This document shows positions 26,701 through 46,956 of a DNA stretch of 64,000 nucleotides, piece by piece. Below the pieces are notes generated by a model, which worked only from the letters and a program-made list of their open reading frames with translations, ran no database searches and was not told where the DNA came from. Source of the stretch: the human T2T-CHM13v2.0 reference genome, Homo sapiens; NCBI RefSeq assembly GCF_009914755.1, contig NC_060940.1; one strand, 5' to 3'. Made by a program: the position numbers and the translations under genes. Each line of letters opens with the position of its first letter. Within the stretch, counting starts at the first letter, position 1.

Positions 26701-27789
26701 GTAAGTGGCGGCCGGCGGGCTGCTGGCAGCCGACGCGGAGCCCGTGCTGTTCCCAGTTGGGGCTATCGACCACCCAGGGTAGGCGCCAAGGGGTGGCTAA
26801 GGACCGCCTACGTCCTCACGGCGCTGAACCCTATTCTGGGTGCACTGGAGGAATGAGAGGGAGGCCCTAACCAGCTCTTGAAGAGCTCTGGTGCTTGGAA
26901 AGATGAGACGGGGCTGAAGAACTCTTAAGAGCAGGAAACTTGTGCTAGGTTGGAAAATGTAATCTGGACTCACCGCTAGTGCTCGGGACTGATAGACCAG
27001 GATTTCAACCCAAGATCAGGCCCCCTTATCAGCTATGTGCCGGCCCCAATCCTGTAACCAATGGGCTGTGCCGTGAGTCATGATATTAAAAACAGGTTTC
27101 CAGGTCAAACCGACCTAGTGGAGTCTCATCTTCACCTCTTGACATCTGTGTGACCTTCAGCGAGTCATTAACCTCTCTGAGCCTCAACATCTACAGCTTT
27201 AAATGGGGATGTTACCTGTTCCATATGGTGTCTGTGAGGATCAAATGAGATTGTGTAAGTTCTTGAAAGTATGTTGGACACAACACACTAGGCCTCAGTA
27301 AATAGTAGCCACCTCCACCACACCCATCTCCAGCCCCTGCAATGGACTAGGGAGATGGAGGAGCCCTAGGTTATTACAGGCTGCCCGCTGAGAGCCTCTT
27401 TGGGCCCTTGGAAACTTGCTTTCCACTTTCAGATTTTGCTGCTACAGGCACAGATAAGTTTCAGTTACGATCAGCCTTGAGGTGAGGCTCTCCTGGCCCC
27501 TTTTCAGAAATTGGCCACTGAACACTGGCCATTTCAACTTGAGACTGGACCCCAATGGTCTCACTATCCTCAGCTTCTACCCTCACCCCTCATAGTTTTC
27601 GCTTGGTGGTAACAATGGTGTGCTCCAGAAGTCCAGGTCAAATGCGTGTGACCTTAGACGTATCATTTTGCCCTTCTCAGCCACAGGTTTGATTTACCTA
27701 GTGATGACGCTCAACTCCCAAGTTCTTCAAAGGCTTTTTCTGATTCTGAAATTCAGTGATCACACACTTGGGTTTGTTAAAAGCCCATA

Positions 27790-28012
27790 GTGGTCTAAAA
27801 CTCCGGTCCCCAATTCATTTTTTGTAAAGGGCCATATAGCAAATACTTCTCTGTCTTTGCTGACTATGTGGTCTATAGTAACCACTCAACTTTAGTGCAA
27901 AACCAGCCATAAACCCTATATAAATAAGAGTGGCTGTGTACCAATAAAATTTTATTTATTTATTACAAAAACAAACAGCTGCCCAATGTGGTCTGTGGGC
28001 CATAGTGGTCTA
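27790..28012. mobile_element. MER58-like DNA transposon relic
   Basis: tgtaaagggcca...gtggctgtgtaccaataaaattttattta...gggccatagt. Confidence 0.6.
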
Positions 28013-28279
28013 GGGTTTACATTGCCACCCTTTTTCATATCACTGAACCCTCTCAACCTTCCTCCATCTTTCTTCCCAGGTAGGATAGTTGTTATTACCG
28101 TTTTAAACATAAGGAAACACACTCAGTGAAGAACTAACCTCCTCAGTTTCACACAGCCAACCTGGTACAAGTCTCTGGGCCTCAGGATATTGGTTCCTGT
28201 CAAGTTTGCCATTTCCTATCTGTGCTAAGGTGGAAGCTGTTCTAGTCACTGGGTATGCCATTCAGGAAAGTGCTTCTGA

Positions 28280-28534
<255 letters not shown>

Positions 28535-28806
28535 TGATCCACCCGCCTCGGCCTCCCAAAGTGCTGGGATTACAGGCGTGAGCCACCGTGTTCTGACTTT
28601 TAAAGGCCACTCCTCCAATTCTAGATTCTGTCTAATAGGTCCAGATTCCACTGTGAGAGTAGAAAAGATTGCACTCTATTACAAACCCTTCTGTACAATT
28701 TTAATCACATTCATGTATTACTCTAAAAAAGTTTTTTAAAGAAAAATCATTGAACTCCAAGTGTTTATATACTGAGGTTGAATTAAATGGTTTTTTGTAT
28801 TTTCTA

Positions 28807-29207
<401 letters not shown>

Positions 29208-29453
29208 TTAATGTAGGGCTATTTTTTCATCTTAGTTTATAACTTTTTTAAAATTATCACACAGTTTGGAATTTACCATAAGATTATACCACTAAGACCA
29301 CTCTTTCTAGATAGGAGCTTTGCTTTTAGAAGAGACTAAAAAATCTAGTTATCTTACTCTTTTACATTTTTGTTTTGTTTTGGGTGATTGCAATAAAATC
29401 AATTCTAAGCTTCTCCTTTTTTTTTTTTTTTGTTTTGTTTTGTTTTGTTTTGA

Positions 29454-29561
<108 letters not shown>

Positions 29562-30548
29562 TAGCTGGGACTACAGGCGCCCACCAGCGCGCCCGCCTAA
29601 TTTTTGTATTTTTAATAGAGACAGGGTTTCGCCACGTTGGCCAGGCTGATCTCGAACTCTGACCTCAGGTGATCCACCCGCCTCGGCCTCCTAAAGTGCC
29701 GGGATTACAGGCATGAGCCTCCATGTCTGGCCCTAAGCTTCCTCTTTAATTTCATTATGTTGTTTTATTTTAAAATCAACAACTTAAATCCATAAATGGA
29801 GTATAGTGTAGCATTTAAAAGGAATGATGAGCTAGATCTGTGTTGGCATGAAAAGATCACCACAGCATAGTGCTGAAAAACCAAAGTCCCTGCACAGGAC
29901 ATGATTCCATTTATGTTTCAAAAATAAGACCTATTTGTATATGTGCCCATAGATGGGTATATAAATGCATAGAAAAATAGCTGGGACAGTGCACAACAGC
30001 TACTAACATATTACCTGTGTTTAAAATTTGGTAAAAATAACACTTAAGTTTATTCTGGTAAAGATGCCCCCCCAGTTACAACTAAAATATTTGAACTATG
30101 TACAGAGCTGGTAACTTAATTGGCATGTATGAAAATAAGGCTTATAGACCTGGCTTATACCTGTAATCTCAGCACTTTGGGAGGCCAAGGCTGGTGGATC
30201 TCCTGAACCCAGGAGTTCCAGACTGGCCTGGGCAACATGGCAAAACTTTGTCTCTACAAAATATAAAAAAATTAGCCAGGTGTGCTGGCACATAACTATG
30301 GTCCCAGCTACTCAGGAGGCAGAGATAGGAGGATCACCGGAGTCCAGGGAGGTCGAGGCTGCGATGAGCTATGACCATGCCACTGCACTCCAGCTTGGGT
30401 GACAAGTGAGACCCTATCTCAAAAAAAAATTTTTTCTTTAATTTTTAAATAAGAAAATAAGACTTATGTACTTGTGTTACCCTTAGAGTTTTGGTCTCCT
30501 GATTATTGTGTGGCTTATGACTGTTGTATTTTCTTTCTTGAAATTTAG

Positions 30549-30665
<117 letters not shown>

Positions 30666-31423
30666 TGATGGGTTGCTAATTACATCTGGTAAAAGATTAA
30701 CTTCTTATGAGGATATTGTTGCCAAGTATCATAGGCTGCCCTAAAACCTTGTCCCCATATGGCGGGCTTTCTGCTTCCTTTTTTGGGAAACATTTTCTTG
30801 GCCTTTGCTTTTCCTCTGCTTTTAATCCAGTACATTTCTGGAGTTACTGATGGAGAACTGGGTACTCAGATGTGTGAGTAGATTCACCTAGAAAGGTCAG
30901 TGGCTGTATCTGCACATGATAATCTCTCTGCCTGGAATACTTCTTGCTTGTACCCGTTGACAGCCCTTCTAGCCCCAGTCAGACCGATCTTCATATTGTC
31001 CCTCTGACAGCCCCCCTCACCTCCCCATCACTGAAACAGAATCTCCAGCACAGGACCCCGAAAAACCAGAGAGGCTTATTGACCCCTTCACTGGAGAGTC
31101 TGACTTGATAGGTCTGTGGAGCCTGGGAATCCTATTTCAGTGAGTACCTCTGAGAGATTCTAGTGTACAACCTTGCTAATGTAGCATTCTGTAATTATTG
31201 TAAACTATCCGATTATATGTTTTTGAAGAGCAGGAGTACGGGTTATTCATCTCCATAGCCACAGGGCCTCCTGGCCTGTAAGAAATTGTAAGTGGATGCC
31301 AGGCGCGGTGGCTCACGCTTATAATCCCAGCACTTGGGGAGGCCGAGGCGGATGGATCACCTGAGGTCAGGAGTTTGAGACCAGCCTGGCCGACATGATC
31401 AAACCCCATTTCTACTAAAACTA

Positions 31424-31678
<255 letters not shown>

Positions 31679-31682
31679 CTAG

Positions 31683-31910
31683 AGCAAGATTTCTCACCTT
31701 CGCACTATTGATATTTTGGACCAGTTAGTTCTCCATTATGAAGGCTGTCCTGTGCATTGTAGGGTCTTTAGCAACATCCCAGGCCTCTACCCACTAGATG
31801 CCCACAGCATACACACACGCACACATACGGCTATGACTACCAGAAATGTCTCCAGACATTGCCAAATGACCTCTGTGTAAAATTACCCCCGTTTGAGAAC
31901 TACTGTTCTC
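31683..31910. mobile_element. MER20-like hAT DNA transposon relic
   Basis: tttctcaccttcgcactattgatattttggacc...aatgtctccagacattgccaaatg...tttgagaactactg. Confidence 0.75.
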
Positions 31911-32817
31911 AAAGATGTAATATGTTACAGTCCAAATCTGTATGGACTGTATTTATAGGATCACCATTACTAGAAGAGTAATCTCTGCAATCTCTTTAAA
32001 ACTCTCTCTTCCACTTCCACTTCATTTTCCTGGTAGATCTCCTACTTAGAAATGCTATAAACCGCATACTGGGGATCACGAAGCCCTGAAAATCCTGTTA
32101 CCTGCTCATGATCGCCCTTTCTGCATCTAGTTGTGTATTTAACCACTTGCTCAGGGAAGTTTTGTGTAGTGTAGCATAGTGTCTGCACCTGTCAGAGACA
32201 TGCAACAATAGAATCAAAACATTCACAGGCCAAAAGACAGTTGAAGGCCCACCTGTATCAGAATCACTTGGGAAGCTTATTAAAATATGAGTGTGGGGTC
32301 CCCACCCAACACATAGGGGATCTGCATTTTAACAGGTACCTGAAGTTTGAGAATCCCTTCATTAAGGTTGACAACATGGATAGTTTCCAAACCAAACTGA
32401 TTATAAGAATCACTGAAGAGCTTTTTTTAAAATTTATTTTATTTATTTATTTATTTTTATTTTTTTGAGACAGTCTTATTCTCTGGTGCAGTGGCACAAT
32501 CTTGGCTCACTGTAACCTCTGCGTCCTGGGTTCAAGTGATTCGTGTGCCTCAGCCTCCGAAGTAGCTGGGACTACAGGCGCCCACCAGCACGCCCGGCTA
32601 ATTTTTGTATTTTTAGTAGAGACGGGGTTTTACCATGTTGGCCAGGCTGGTCTTGAACTTGCGACCTCAGGTGATCTGGCCACCTTGGCCTCCCAAAGTG
32701 CTGGGATTACAGGCATGAGTCACCGTGCCTGGCCACCAAAGGTCTTTTAGTGCTTTGTTTTTTGTTTTTTGGGTTTTTTTTGTTTTTTGTTTTTTTTTTT
32801 TTTTTTTTTGACGTTAG

Positions 32818-32976
<159 letters not shown>

Positions 32977-33397
32977 TAGTAGAGACGGGGGTTTCACTAT
33001 GTTGGCCAGGCTGGTCTGGAACTCCTGACCTAGTAAAACCCCGCCAGCCTCAGCCTCCCAAAGTGCTGGGATTACAGGTGTGAGCCACACCGCACCCGAC
33101 CCAAAGAGCTTTTTTAAAAATATATTTAGCCTGTCCCTCAGCAATTCTGATTCAGGAAGCGAGAGAGCAAAGCTTGGAAATCTGCATTTTCACACTGCCC
33201 TGGTTGCTGCTGGTGAACCATCAGCATCATGGACGAGTATCTTCCTCTACAGACAGTCAGGCTGAAGTCAGGGACATAAGATAACCTGTCACCAAGTCCC
33301 TAATCTCCTGCCCAGTCATCATCGTTTAAATGTGTAACCAAAAAGAGCCATTAAAAAAACAAGGAACTTTTTTCCATACTCTTCTCTTAGTCTGTAA

Positions 33398-33610
<213 letters not shown>

Positions 33611-34321
33611 TGAGTATCTGAATTACTATATACTATTAAAAGTGTTTTCTAAAAGGGCATTTCACAATGAATGCCTCTAGGAAGATGAGGAACGGGTAGA
33701 AATGAATCTTTACTCTGTATTTTTTGTTTTGCATTTTGAACCATGTGACTATTACATATTCTACATTGATAACTAAATTTTTATACTTTTTAAATCTAAT
33801 ATTTCTCTCTTTTCTTATTTTGTTTTTGAGACGGAGTCTTGCTCTGTCACCCAGGCTGGAGCTGGAGTGCAGCGGCACGATCTCAGCTCACTACAACCTC
33901 CGCCTACCTCCGCCTCCCTGGTTCAAACAATTCTTACGCCTCAGCCTCCCCCATAGCTGGGATTACAGGCACACGCCACCACACCCAGCTAATTTTTGTA
34001 TTTTTGGTAGAGACAGGGTTTCACCATGTTGGCCAGGCTGATCTCTAACCCCTGACCTCAAGTGATCCGCCCACCTCAGCCTCCCAGAGTGCTGGGATTA
34101 CAGGCATGAGCCACCACACCCAGCCTTTTCTTCTTTTTTTTAAAAGATGGGGTCTTGCTGTGTTAACCAGGCTGGAGTGCAGTGGTGCAATCCCAGTGGC
34201 CTAGAACTCCTGGGCACAGGTGATCCTCTGCCTCAGCCTCCCACGTAGCAGGGACTACCGGCACATGCCACCAAGCCTGGCTTTAAATCTATTAATAACA
34301 TTTCTATGATGATAAAACTAG

Positions 34322-34579
<258 letters not shown>

Positions 34580-35073
34580 TGAAGTCATCCACCTGCCTCA
34601 GCTTCCCAAAATGCTGGGATTACAGGTGTGAGCTGCCACGCCTGGGCACTATAAGCATTTTTAAGAGGTACTGTGTAGCTCTTAGTAGTAGTAAGATCAT
34701 TCTATTCAGACATAAGAGAATGCCGAAGTGGAACAAATATATTGTCTGTCAATATCTGGAGATATTTTAATTGAATAAAAGTGGCAGCAGTAAGCTCTTT
34801 GGACCTTACAGGAAGCATTTGAACAATAATGAGTACAAAAATCTTGGGTGATGAAGCAGAAAATGCTTTTGACTAAAGCTTTTCTGGCTTGCCTAATGCT
34901 TTTGACCAGAGAAATAAGAGAAGGAATTAAACAGACAGTGGGGCATGTCACCATCACTGCTACATCAGCCTACTGATTTTCAGCAATCGTGGCTGAAGAC
35001 CCTGGGTTTGCTATGAAGCTGTTTTGAAAATGCTCCTGCTAAATCAAGTAACTCAAGTATTTTCTTCATCTAG

Positions 35074-35178
<105 letters not shown>

Positions 35179-35772
35179 TAACAAAGAGGCGTCACAGGAA
35201 CATAGCGTAGTGTCACATGGTGGGCTAATGTGGGCATTCTCCAAATAGGATTATAAAAATCACCTAAAGAGTTTTAAAAACAAAGTCTGATATTTAGCCC
35301 GCCCCTTGGCAATTCTGGTTCAGAAAGCCTGAGAGCCGAGCTTGGAAATCCACATTTTCTCTGGCTGCCCTGGTGCTGCTGGTTCACAGCAGGGTTCAGT
35401 AGCCACCATGGGCCAGCGAATTTAAATCCGAATCCCAGCACTTAGTAAGGAATAATTGGAAACAGTCCACAAAGCCAACAGTACAAGAATGATTACGTAA
35501 ATGATGGCTTATCCACATGATGGAAATTTATACAACCATTGAAGACCATATGCTTTCAAAGGCTGTCAGTGAGAGGAAACAGCAGTGAAGCAGCATGTAC
35601 AAAAAGCAACAGAAACCCTAGATCGGGAAGTCTGAGACAGGAAGCCTTCGGGCCAGATCCACGTAAAACCCAAATCTGGTTGGCCTGCAGTGTTAAAGAA
35701 AATCGGATTAATTGCCATCATGTAAAAGTCTGATTTTATGTTTGTTTTATTTATTTATGAATTTATTTTTGA

Positions 35773-36078
<306 letters not shown>

Positions 36079-38494
36079 TAAACATCTGGATTTCTGGCTT
36101 CTGTTGGCAAATCTGAGACCTGGCTACTCCGGCTCCCAGTTACCTGCCGGCAGGTGCCACCTGAGCAGCTGCCACCTGACTCATAGACATTTGTTCCAGT
36201 CACAGACTGCTTCTCTCATTTTCTGTCTCCCTAGGCTTTCTTTTTGTTTTTTTGTTTTGTTTTGTTTTTTGAGAGAGAGGATCTCGCCCTGTTGCCCAGG
36301 CTGGAGTGCAGTGGCATGATCATAGCTCACTGCAGCCTCAACCTCCTTGGCTCAAGTGATCCTCCTACCTCAGCCTCCTGAGTAGCTGGGACTACAGGCA
36401 CATGCCGCCATGCCTGACTAATTTTTTAATTTTTTGTAGAGATAGGGTCTTGCCATATGGCCCAGGCTGGTCTCCAACTCCTGGCCTCAAGCGATCCTCC
36501 CACTTCACTCTCCCAAAATGTTGGGATTACAGGCATTAGCCACTGCCCCTGGCTTTCATAAATGTTTGGTTTGGGGACCTACCTTCTGCCATGGGTACAA
36601 TTATCTCAGTTCCATTTTTAAAATAATAGTAATACTAATAATGATGAACATAAATGCCGACAGTAAATTTAAAGACTGGCAGGAAATAGACCCAAATGTT
36701 AACAGTGGCTATTTCTTGATGGTGAGGTTGCAAGTGATTTCTTTGAAATCCTTCTCATTTTTACCCCCAGTTTTCAACACTTACTATGTAACACCTTAAT
36801 CATCAGGGTTGGAATTAAGTGGCAATTCAATTTCAGGGCTGGGTGTACTTCAGAGGCTGCTTCACACTATTAGGATTCATAACCTGAGCGCCTCCTGCTC
36901 AGCATCTCCAGCCAGAGTGCAGGAATGTCCCTTAGCCGAGGGGGAGGCCTGCATGAGACAGGCTGGTCATGGACTTGGTTATTGTTGCAGCTGGGTAATG
37001 AGCACATGAGGACTTATCCTATTCTGTTTACTTTTGTGTGTGTTAGAAATTTTCCATGGCGAAAAGATAAAATATACAAATATCCCAGGTCAGTTCCATT
37101 TTTACTTTGGGCTGAGCACTAAGGGAGGATTTAAAAAAAAAAAAGGCATAATCCTGTCCTCAAAGAGCGTATCATTTAGCGAGGGAGAGGGATGTGGAGA
37201 GCCATAATTCCAGAACAGTAGAAGAGACCTGGTGAATCCAGGAGGCAGAACTGAGACCCACCTTGATCCACATTTGTCCACATTTGCCTGACAACACTAA
37301 CTACATGCCCCACGACGGCCAGGCAGATGCAGTAAGACTTCAGAGAGCCCAGGTCTTTAGGGCGGAACTGATTGCTTAGTAAACCACCTTCAGCCTTGTT
37401 TTGGGGAAGGCTTTCTAAACTGCATCAACTTCTCTCTGTGCCTTGGAAATGAGAAGAAGAATATGTCCTTGAGTGGGGGGGCATTAATTGAGCTCTTTTT
37501 CTGATCATTAGGACCTTTAGCCCTAGGGTCACCCGGGGCACGGTCACCCGTCCCCTAGTGCCTCAGTGCTCATACACACGTGGTAGAGGACAGGCTGGGC
37601 CTCTGCCAACTCAGGGACGGCCTGGACATGGGATTATTGAGAGAGATTTTTAGGCTCGCATATTTTGTTACATCATTTGCCTCTTTCTCTGCAAGTTGAG
37701 CAAAATAGGAGAGAGGATCCAGACGATTGAGATTTTGCTGTTTTTACTTTAATGAGTATTCATTGCTTCCCACTTTACAAAGTACCTTTACATAACTGGC
37801 ATGTTTGATTTTTAACAAGGCCCTTTGGAGGTAACCAGAGCAAGTGCCATTAGCCTTTCTGTAGGTGAATAAGAGGAGGCTTGGAGAGGTGCCCAGAGCC
37901 ACACAGCCTCCTAAGAGGCCACACTGACATGGAATCAGGTCATCAGCCCTGCACGTGGCATGTGGTCTCTCGGTATTTCCAATGGCCAGTGCCAGGACAT
38001 CAGGTCTGTGAGATTAAAATAGTAGAAAAAGATGAGGGAAAATGTTTCATAGGGTTCCCAGGCATCAGCGTTTAGAACTGGAAGACACTTTTCACTGCAT
38101 AGTTTGTCAGAAAATGCTTAAATTTCATTGGTCAGAATGATATCTAGCTTACAAGTTATCTGAACTTTTAAGAAACTGGGTGGTTTTCTTTTTTTGGTTG
38201 TGGGGTTTTTGTTTGTTTGCTTGTTTTGTTTTTTTTGAGACAGAGTCTGTCTCCCAGACTGGAGTGCAATGGCATGCTCTCAGCTCACTGCAACCTCCGC
38301 CTCCGGGTTCAAGCGATCCTCCTGCCTCAGCCTCTCAAGTAGCTGGGACTACAGGCATGCGCTACCATGTCCCGCTAATTTTTGTATTTTTAGTAGGGAC
38401 AGGGTTTCATCTTGTTGGCCAGGCTGGTCTTGACTCCTGACCTCAAGGAATCCGCCCGCCGCAGCATCCCAAAGTGCTGGGATTACAGGTTTGA

Positions 38495-38842
<348 letters not shown>

Positions 38843-39839
38843 TAATAGGTGTGAGGTACCGCGCCCAGCCAAAAGAACATCTTTAAACATCGTCATTTGA
38901 AGTGACTAAACTAATGTTAGCTTCTCATTTTCTGTGATCAAATCAAACATTTAGGAGCTGTCTGCTACTGGGTAAATTGAATTTCCTCAGTTATTACTGA
39001 GGCTCGTTGGACAATTCTCAGAGCCTTTTTCTGTGTAGCTTTGCTTGGTACTATCAGTCTGTTCAGAAGCTCCGTAGCAAAATAGATGTCTGGTACATGT
39101 ATTTTCAAACTCTTCAGGGAAATGACTGCTGTTGCCAGTGCTGGAAATCATTTTCATAGCTCTTTATTAACCACAAAATTATCTGCCCAGTAGCAGCACT
39201 GTGCAACAGAAATAGAAAGTGAGCTATGTATAATTTTAAATTTTCTGTAGCCACATTTTGAAAGAATGAAAAGGAAGAGGTGAAATGAATTTTAATAATA
39301 TATTTTATTTAGCCTGATATTTCTAAAATATGACTTTTTTTTTTTTTTTTTTGAGACAGGGTCTCACTCTGTCACCCAGACTGGAGTGCAGTGGTGTGAT
39401 CTCAGCTCACTATAACCCCTATCTCCCAGGCTCATGGAATCTTCCTGCCTCAACCTCCTGAGTAGCTGGGATTATAGGCATGCATAACCATGCCAGGCTA
39501 TTTTTTGTATTTTTTGTAGAGACAGAGTTTCGCCATGTTGTCCAGGCTCAAAATATGAGCATTTTAACACAAAGTCAATATACAACATGATTGATGCAAT
39601 TACATTCCTTTTTCATACTAAATCTTTCAAATCTAATCTCAATTCATATTAGCCACATTTCAAGTCTTAATAGTCACAGTAGTTCATGGCTACCATATTA
39701 CATAGCACAGAGCTGAGAAACATTGACCACACTAGCCTCTGCTTTTTAGAATTTCCCAAGATTTTAGGCTGTTTATCTATGATGTTGCCCAAATGAATAA
39801 CGTGTTTTTGGAGAAACTCTGTCACCCTTTCATTCCCAG

Positions 39840-40131
<292 letters not shown>

Positions 40132-40302
40132 TTAGCTGGGCATGGTGGCACACACCTGTGGTCCCGGCTATTTGTTTGGCTGAGGTAAGAGGATCACTTG
40201 TGCCTGGGAGGTTGAAGCTGCTGTGAGCTATGATCATGCCACTGCGCTCCAGCCTGGGCAACAGAGCAAGACCCCCATCTCAAAAACTAAACAAATAAAT
40301 AA

Positions 40303-40539
<237 letters not shown>

Positions 40540-41693
40540 TGAGCTATTGATAATGAAGTATGTGCAGTTTTAGGTGGGCAGGAAGATTAAATGAGCAGTC
40601 CAGTCTATAGACAAAAACCAACCACTCTCTTTTCTGCATAATTAGCCATAATAGGACTTGCCTAGTCAAGAAACAGCTTACACGCTGTTGGGCTTGGTTC
40701 TAAATTCTTACCCAACAGCATTCTTCCTACCTGGACTCCTCTCATCAAAAGAGGAGCACTTTGATTACTAAAGAGTAGGAACTTCTCACACCTTTGGGCA
40801 GAAGAGAAGCACTATAGTGAACTCCATAAGGGAGACATGGAATTGAACCCCTTAGGTAAACTAGACCGATGTTTTGGAATCATAGAATGTTTCAACAGCA
40901 AGGAACCTCAGGGGCCAATTGGGTGGCTTTTACAGATCAAGAAACTGAGGCCCAGAAAGGAGAAGAGACTTGTCCAAGTTCACAAAGCTGTTGTTTACAC
41001 AGCCAGTGTGTGAACGTTTCTGGTGTCTAATGCAGAGTTCTTCCTGCAGCACGGACATCTCAGGCTTGTCTTTTGTTAGAATATTCCTGCCAAATGCTTT
41101 GCACACCGATTTCTCTTGTCAGTGCTAATGAGTCATTGCTCAAAGCCTCCTCATTTTACTAGCTTTCATCAAGGTAGAGGTTGTAGGAAAACTGGAATGG
41201 CAAAGGGATTATATTTAACAGATGAGTGGGTGGGTTTTTTGTCTTCCTGAACTGTGAGATGGACATCTTTCTGACAAAGCTTTGAAAGGGTTTTTGTTGC
41301 CCGTGAGCACTGCCTGTAAATCACCTTCAGTGAAGATTCTCATTTTTCCCGCAAAATATGCCGGATGCAACCTGCTTCCGGGCATTTCCCCCTGAGGGTG
41401 TGTTAAAGCCCGAGACAAGCACAGCAGAATGAGGCTGGTATCAGATTTTTCATAAGCATGCTTCCTTTAAACCACATGCTTGACAGGGCGCTTAAACGCA
41501 AATGCATTTCTCACTCTGAGTTGGCATTCTGTGCCTCAATTTTAGACCTATGTGAAATAATGCTGGAAAAAAACAATGTAGAATTAATTTCTAGAACCTA
41601 TGCATGAAGTAGTCTAAGTAGCAAACTAGAGTACTGAAAATCAACCTTGGCAACCCACTAACTGACAAAAGAGTAAATTGTTTTTTTCAGTGA

Positions 41694-41912
<219 letters not shown>

Positions 41913-42642
41913 TGATGGGGGAAATTGACAACTGGGCTGTTTTTCCTGTACCTACACTTTACCCACCCGCCCTGCTCAAACTGAGCAGTGGCTTCTGTCC
42001 TGGAGAGGTGGGTGATTGAGCCACCTTCCCCTCTAAGCTCAGACCCCCTACGCCTCTGTGGAGGCAAGGATCACACTGCATGTTAGTTGAACCTTTTCAC
42101 CTTGGCTTTGGAATTAAACGTTGGCCACCCTATGTGCCTTCCAGAATACCAGTCCCCGGTGCCACTGTCAAACCCTCTGCGTTTCAAAGCTCTGGCTGTT
42201 TCAACCTCATTTTTCCACTGTATTTGTCCACCCGAGGCATTCATTCTAAGTTGAACACGAGGGGCCATGAACGATGGGAGGATAGGGAATGATCTCATGA
42301 GCCTGAAACAGGAGAGGACACCAGCAACAGCAAAGAGGCCAAGTGAGTCCCAGGCATCACACACGGCGGGTGCTTGGAGCTGCCCCCAAGGGATGTCAGA
42401 AATCTCGAGTTCAGGGCCAAATCTAAACTGAGAACTGAGAGCAGAGCCCAGTGTTAAAGGCCAGGGCCAGCAGGAGGAATACATAGAAGAAATGCCCCCA
42501 GGTGTCCTCTCCGTGGGGCAAGGTGGATCCCCAGGAGGTCAGAGAGGCGTTGCTGCCATCAAAGGCCCAAGAGGAGGCTCATCACCACCCAGCTTTGGGC
42601 CAGCTCCTTTTCTTTCTCTTTTTTTTTTTTTTTTTTTTCTGA

Positions 42643-42786
<144 letters not shown>

Positions 42787-43454
42787 TGATTTTTGTGTTT
42801 TTAGTAGAGATAGGGTTTTACCATGTTAACCAGGCTGGTCTCAAACCCCTGGGCTCAAGTGATCCAATCAACTCGGCCGCTCAAAGTTCTGGGATGACAG
42901 GTGTGATTTTTAGTACAGACAGGGTTTCATCATGTTGGCCAGGCTGGTCTTGATTCCTGGCCTCAAGGAATCTGCCTGCCTCAGCGATCCACCCACCTCG
43001 GCCTCTCAGTTCTGGGATGACAGGCTGCGCCCAGCCCCATCACCTTTTCAGTTACTCCCATCCTCTGGGCCCCTCTGCCTCCCTCCCACATGCAGGCTGG
43101 GGGTGTTGGTTACCTTGCCATCAGCAGGCCCGTGTCAGGCTTTCTCGCCATCCTGCACCTAGCAGGTGCATCATAAATGCTGCATATTCAGAGTTTCTCA
43201 TCCCTCTGATCTCTGGTCCACTCCAAAATCCTTGCTGCACTGCTAAGATCTACCCATGAAAGATTTGCTTTTCAGCAGGGTCCCCACGTCACAGTCTTCC
43301 AGCATGAGGGGTACACAGTGGTAGTAGAGGCTTGTTACTTATTTTCAGAATGATAAAACTGAAACCCATAAAGGGTAAGGGATTTGCCGAAGGTCACACG
43401 GCTAATGACAGAGCTGGTGGCACCAGAAGAAGTCTACCTGTTCTTTGTATGTTT

Positions 43455-45700
<2,246 letters not shown>

Positions 45701-46457
45701 TGTTTAAAATAAAATAAAATAAAGACAGGGTCTTGCTGTGTTGCCCAGGCTGTACTCCAACTCCTGAGTTCAAGCAATTGTCCCGCTTCAGCCTCCCAAG
45801 TAGCTGGAATTAGAGGCGTGCACTACCACAGCTGGTGATACCTGCTGTTTAAATGAGTGTGCGTTCCACTACGATAAGCTCTCTCTCAGTGGGGTAGAAA
45901 GATCTTGTTCTAAATCCCAGATGAACTGGGTACTTTGAAGGAGGTGTAGCATTCAGGTTTGTTCTTAATGGCAGTTACATATGGTTTTATAACCACATCC
46001 TTTTGTTGAAATGCTTTTGATGCAGAAATGCTTTCAGTGCAGGCTTTGAAAAAGATCACCGTCTGACTTCATGTCTTTAAAAAAATTAAGCTAATGAAAT
46101 GACACCTAGGATCTAAGGGATGCCCGGAAGCTTCCTCAGTCCTTCTCTAGCTTGGTGCCATTTCTTGTAGACAGAGAGGAGAGCTATTAAGACACACGAC
46201 AGCAGATTGTTCTGTAATGATGACATTCTTGCTTCATGTAAATAGCCATTTAGAAGCCTCAGTTGGGACTTTGCAGAATGGAATGCAGTTCTTGGATAAT
46301 CAGAAAATGACTTATTTTGGGAATTCTTCATTTGGGAATTAGAGGGTTTTCTATTCTGTTTAACCATTGCATTACCATGCCTGGATTCTATTTTTAAAAT
46401 CTTACCTACGTTTTAAAAAATGAGTATTATTTAATGGAAGCTTTCCCCCAATTGTAA

Positions 46458-46956
<499 letters not shown>

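Larger units (their letters stand above)
26150..26830. promoter_or_regulatory. CpG island / TMEM186-PMM2 bidirectional promoter
   Basis: High GC and CpG density; head-to-head start codons ~270 nt apart; no TATA box; ETS, NRF1-like and ZNF143-like motifs. Confidence 0.93.
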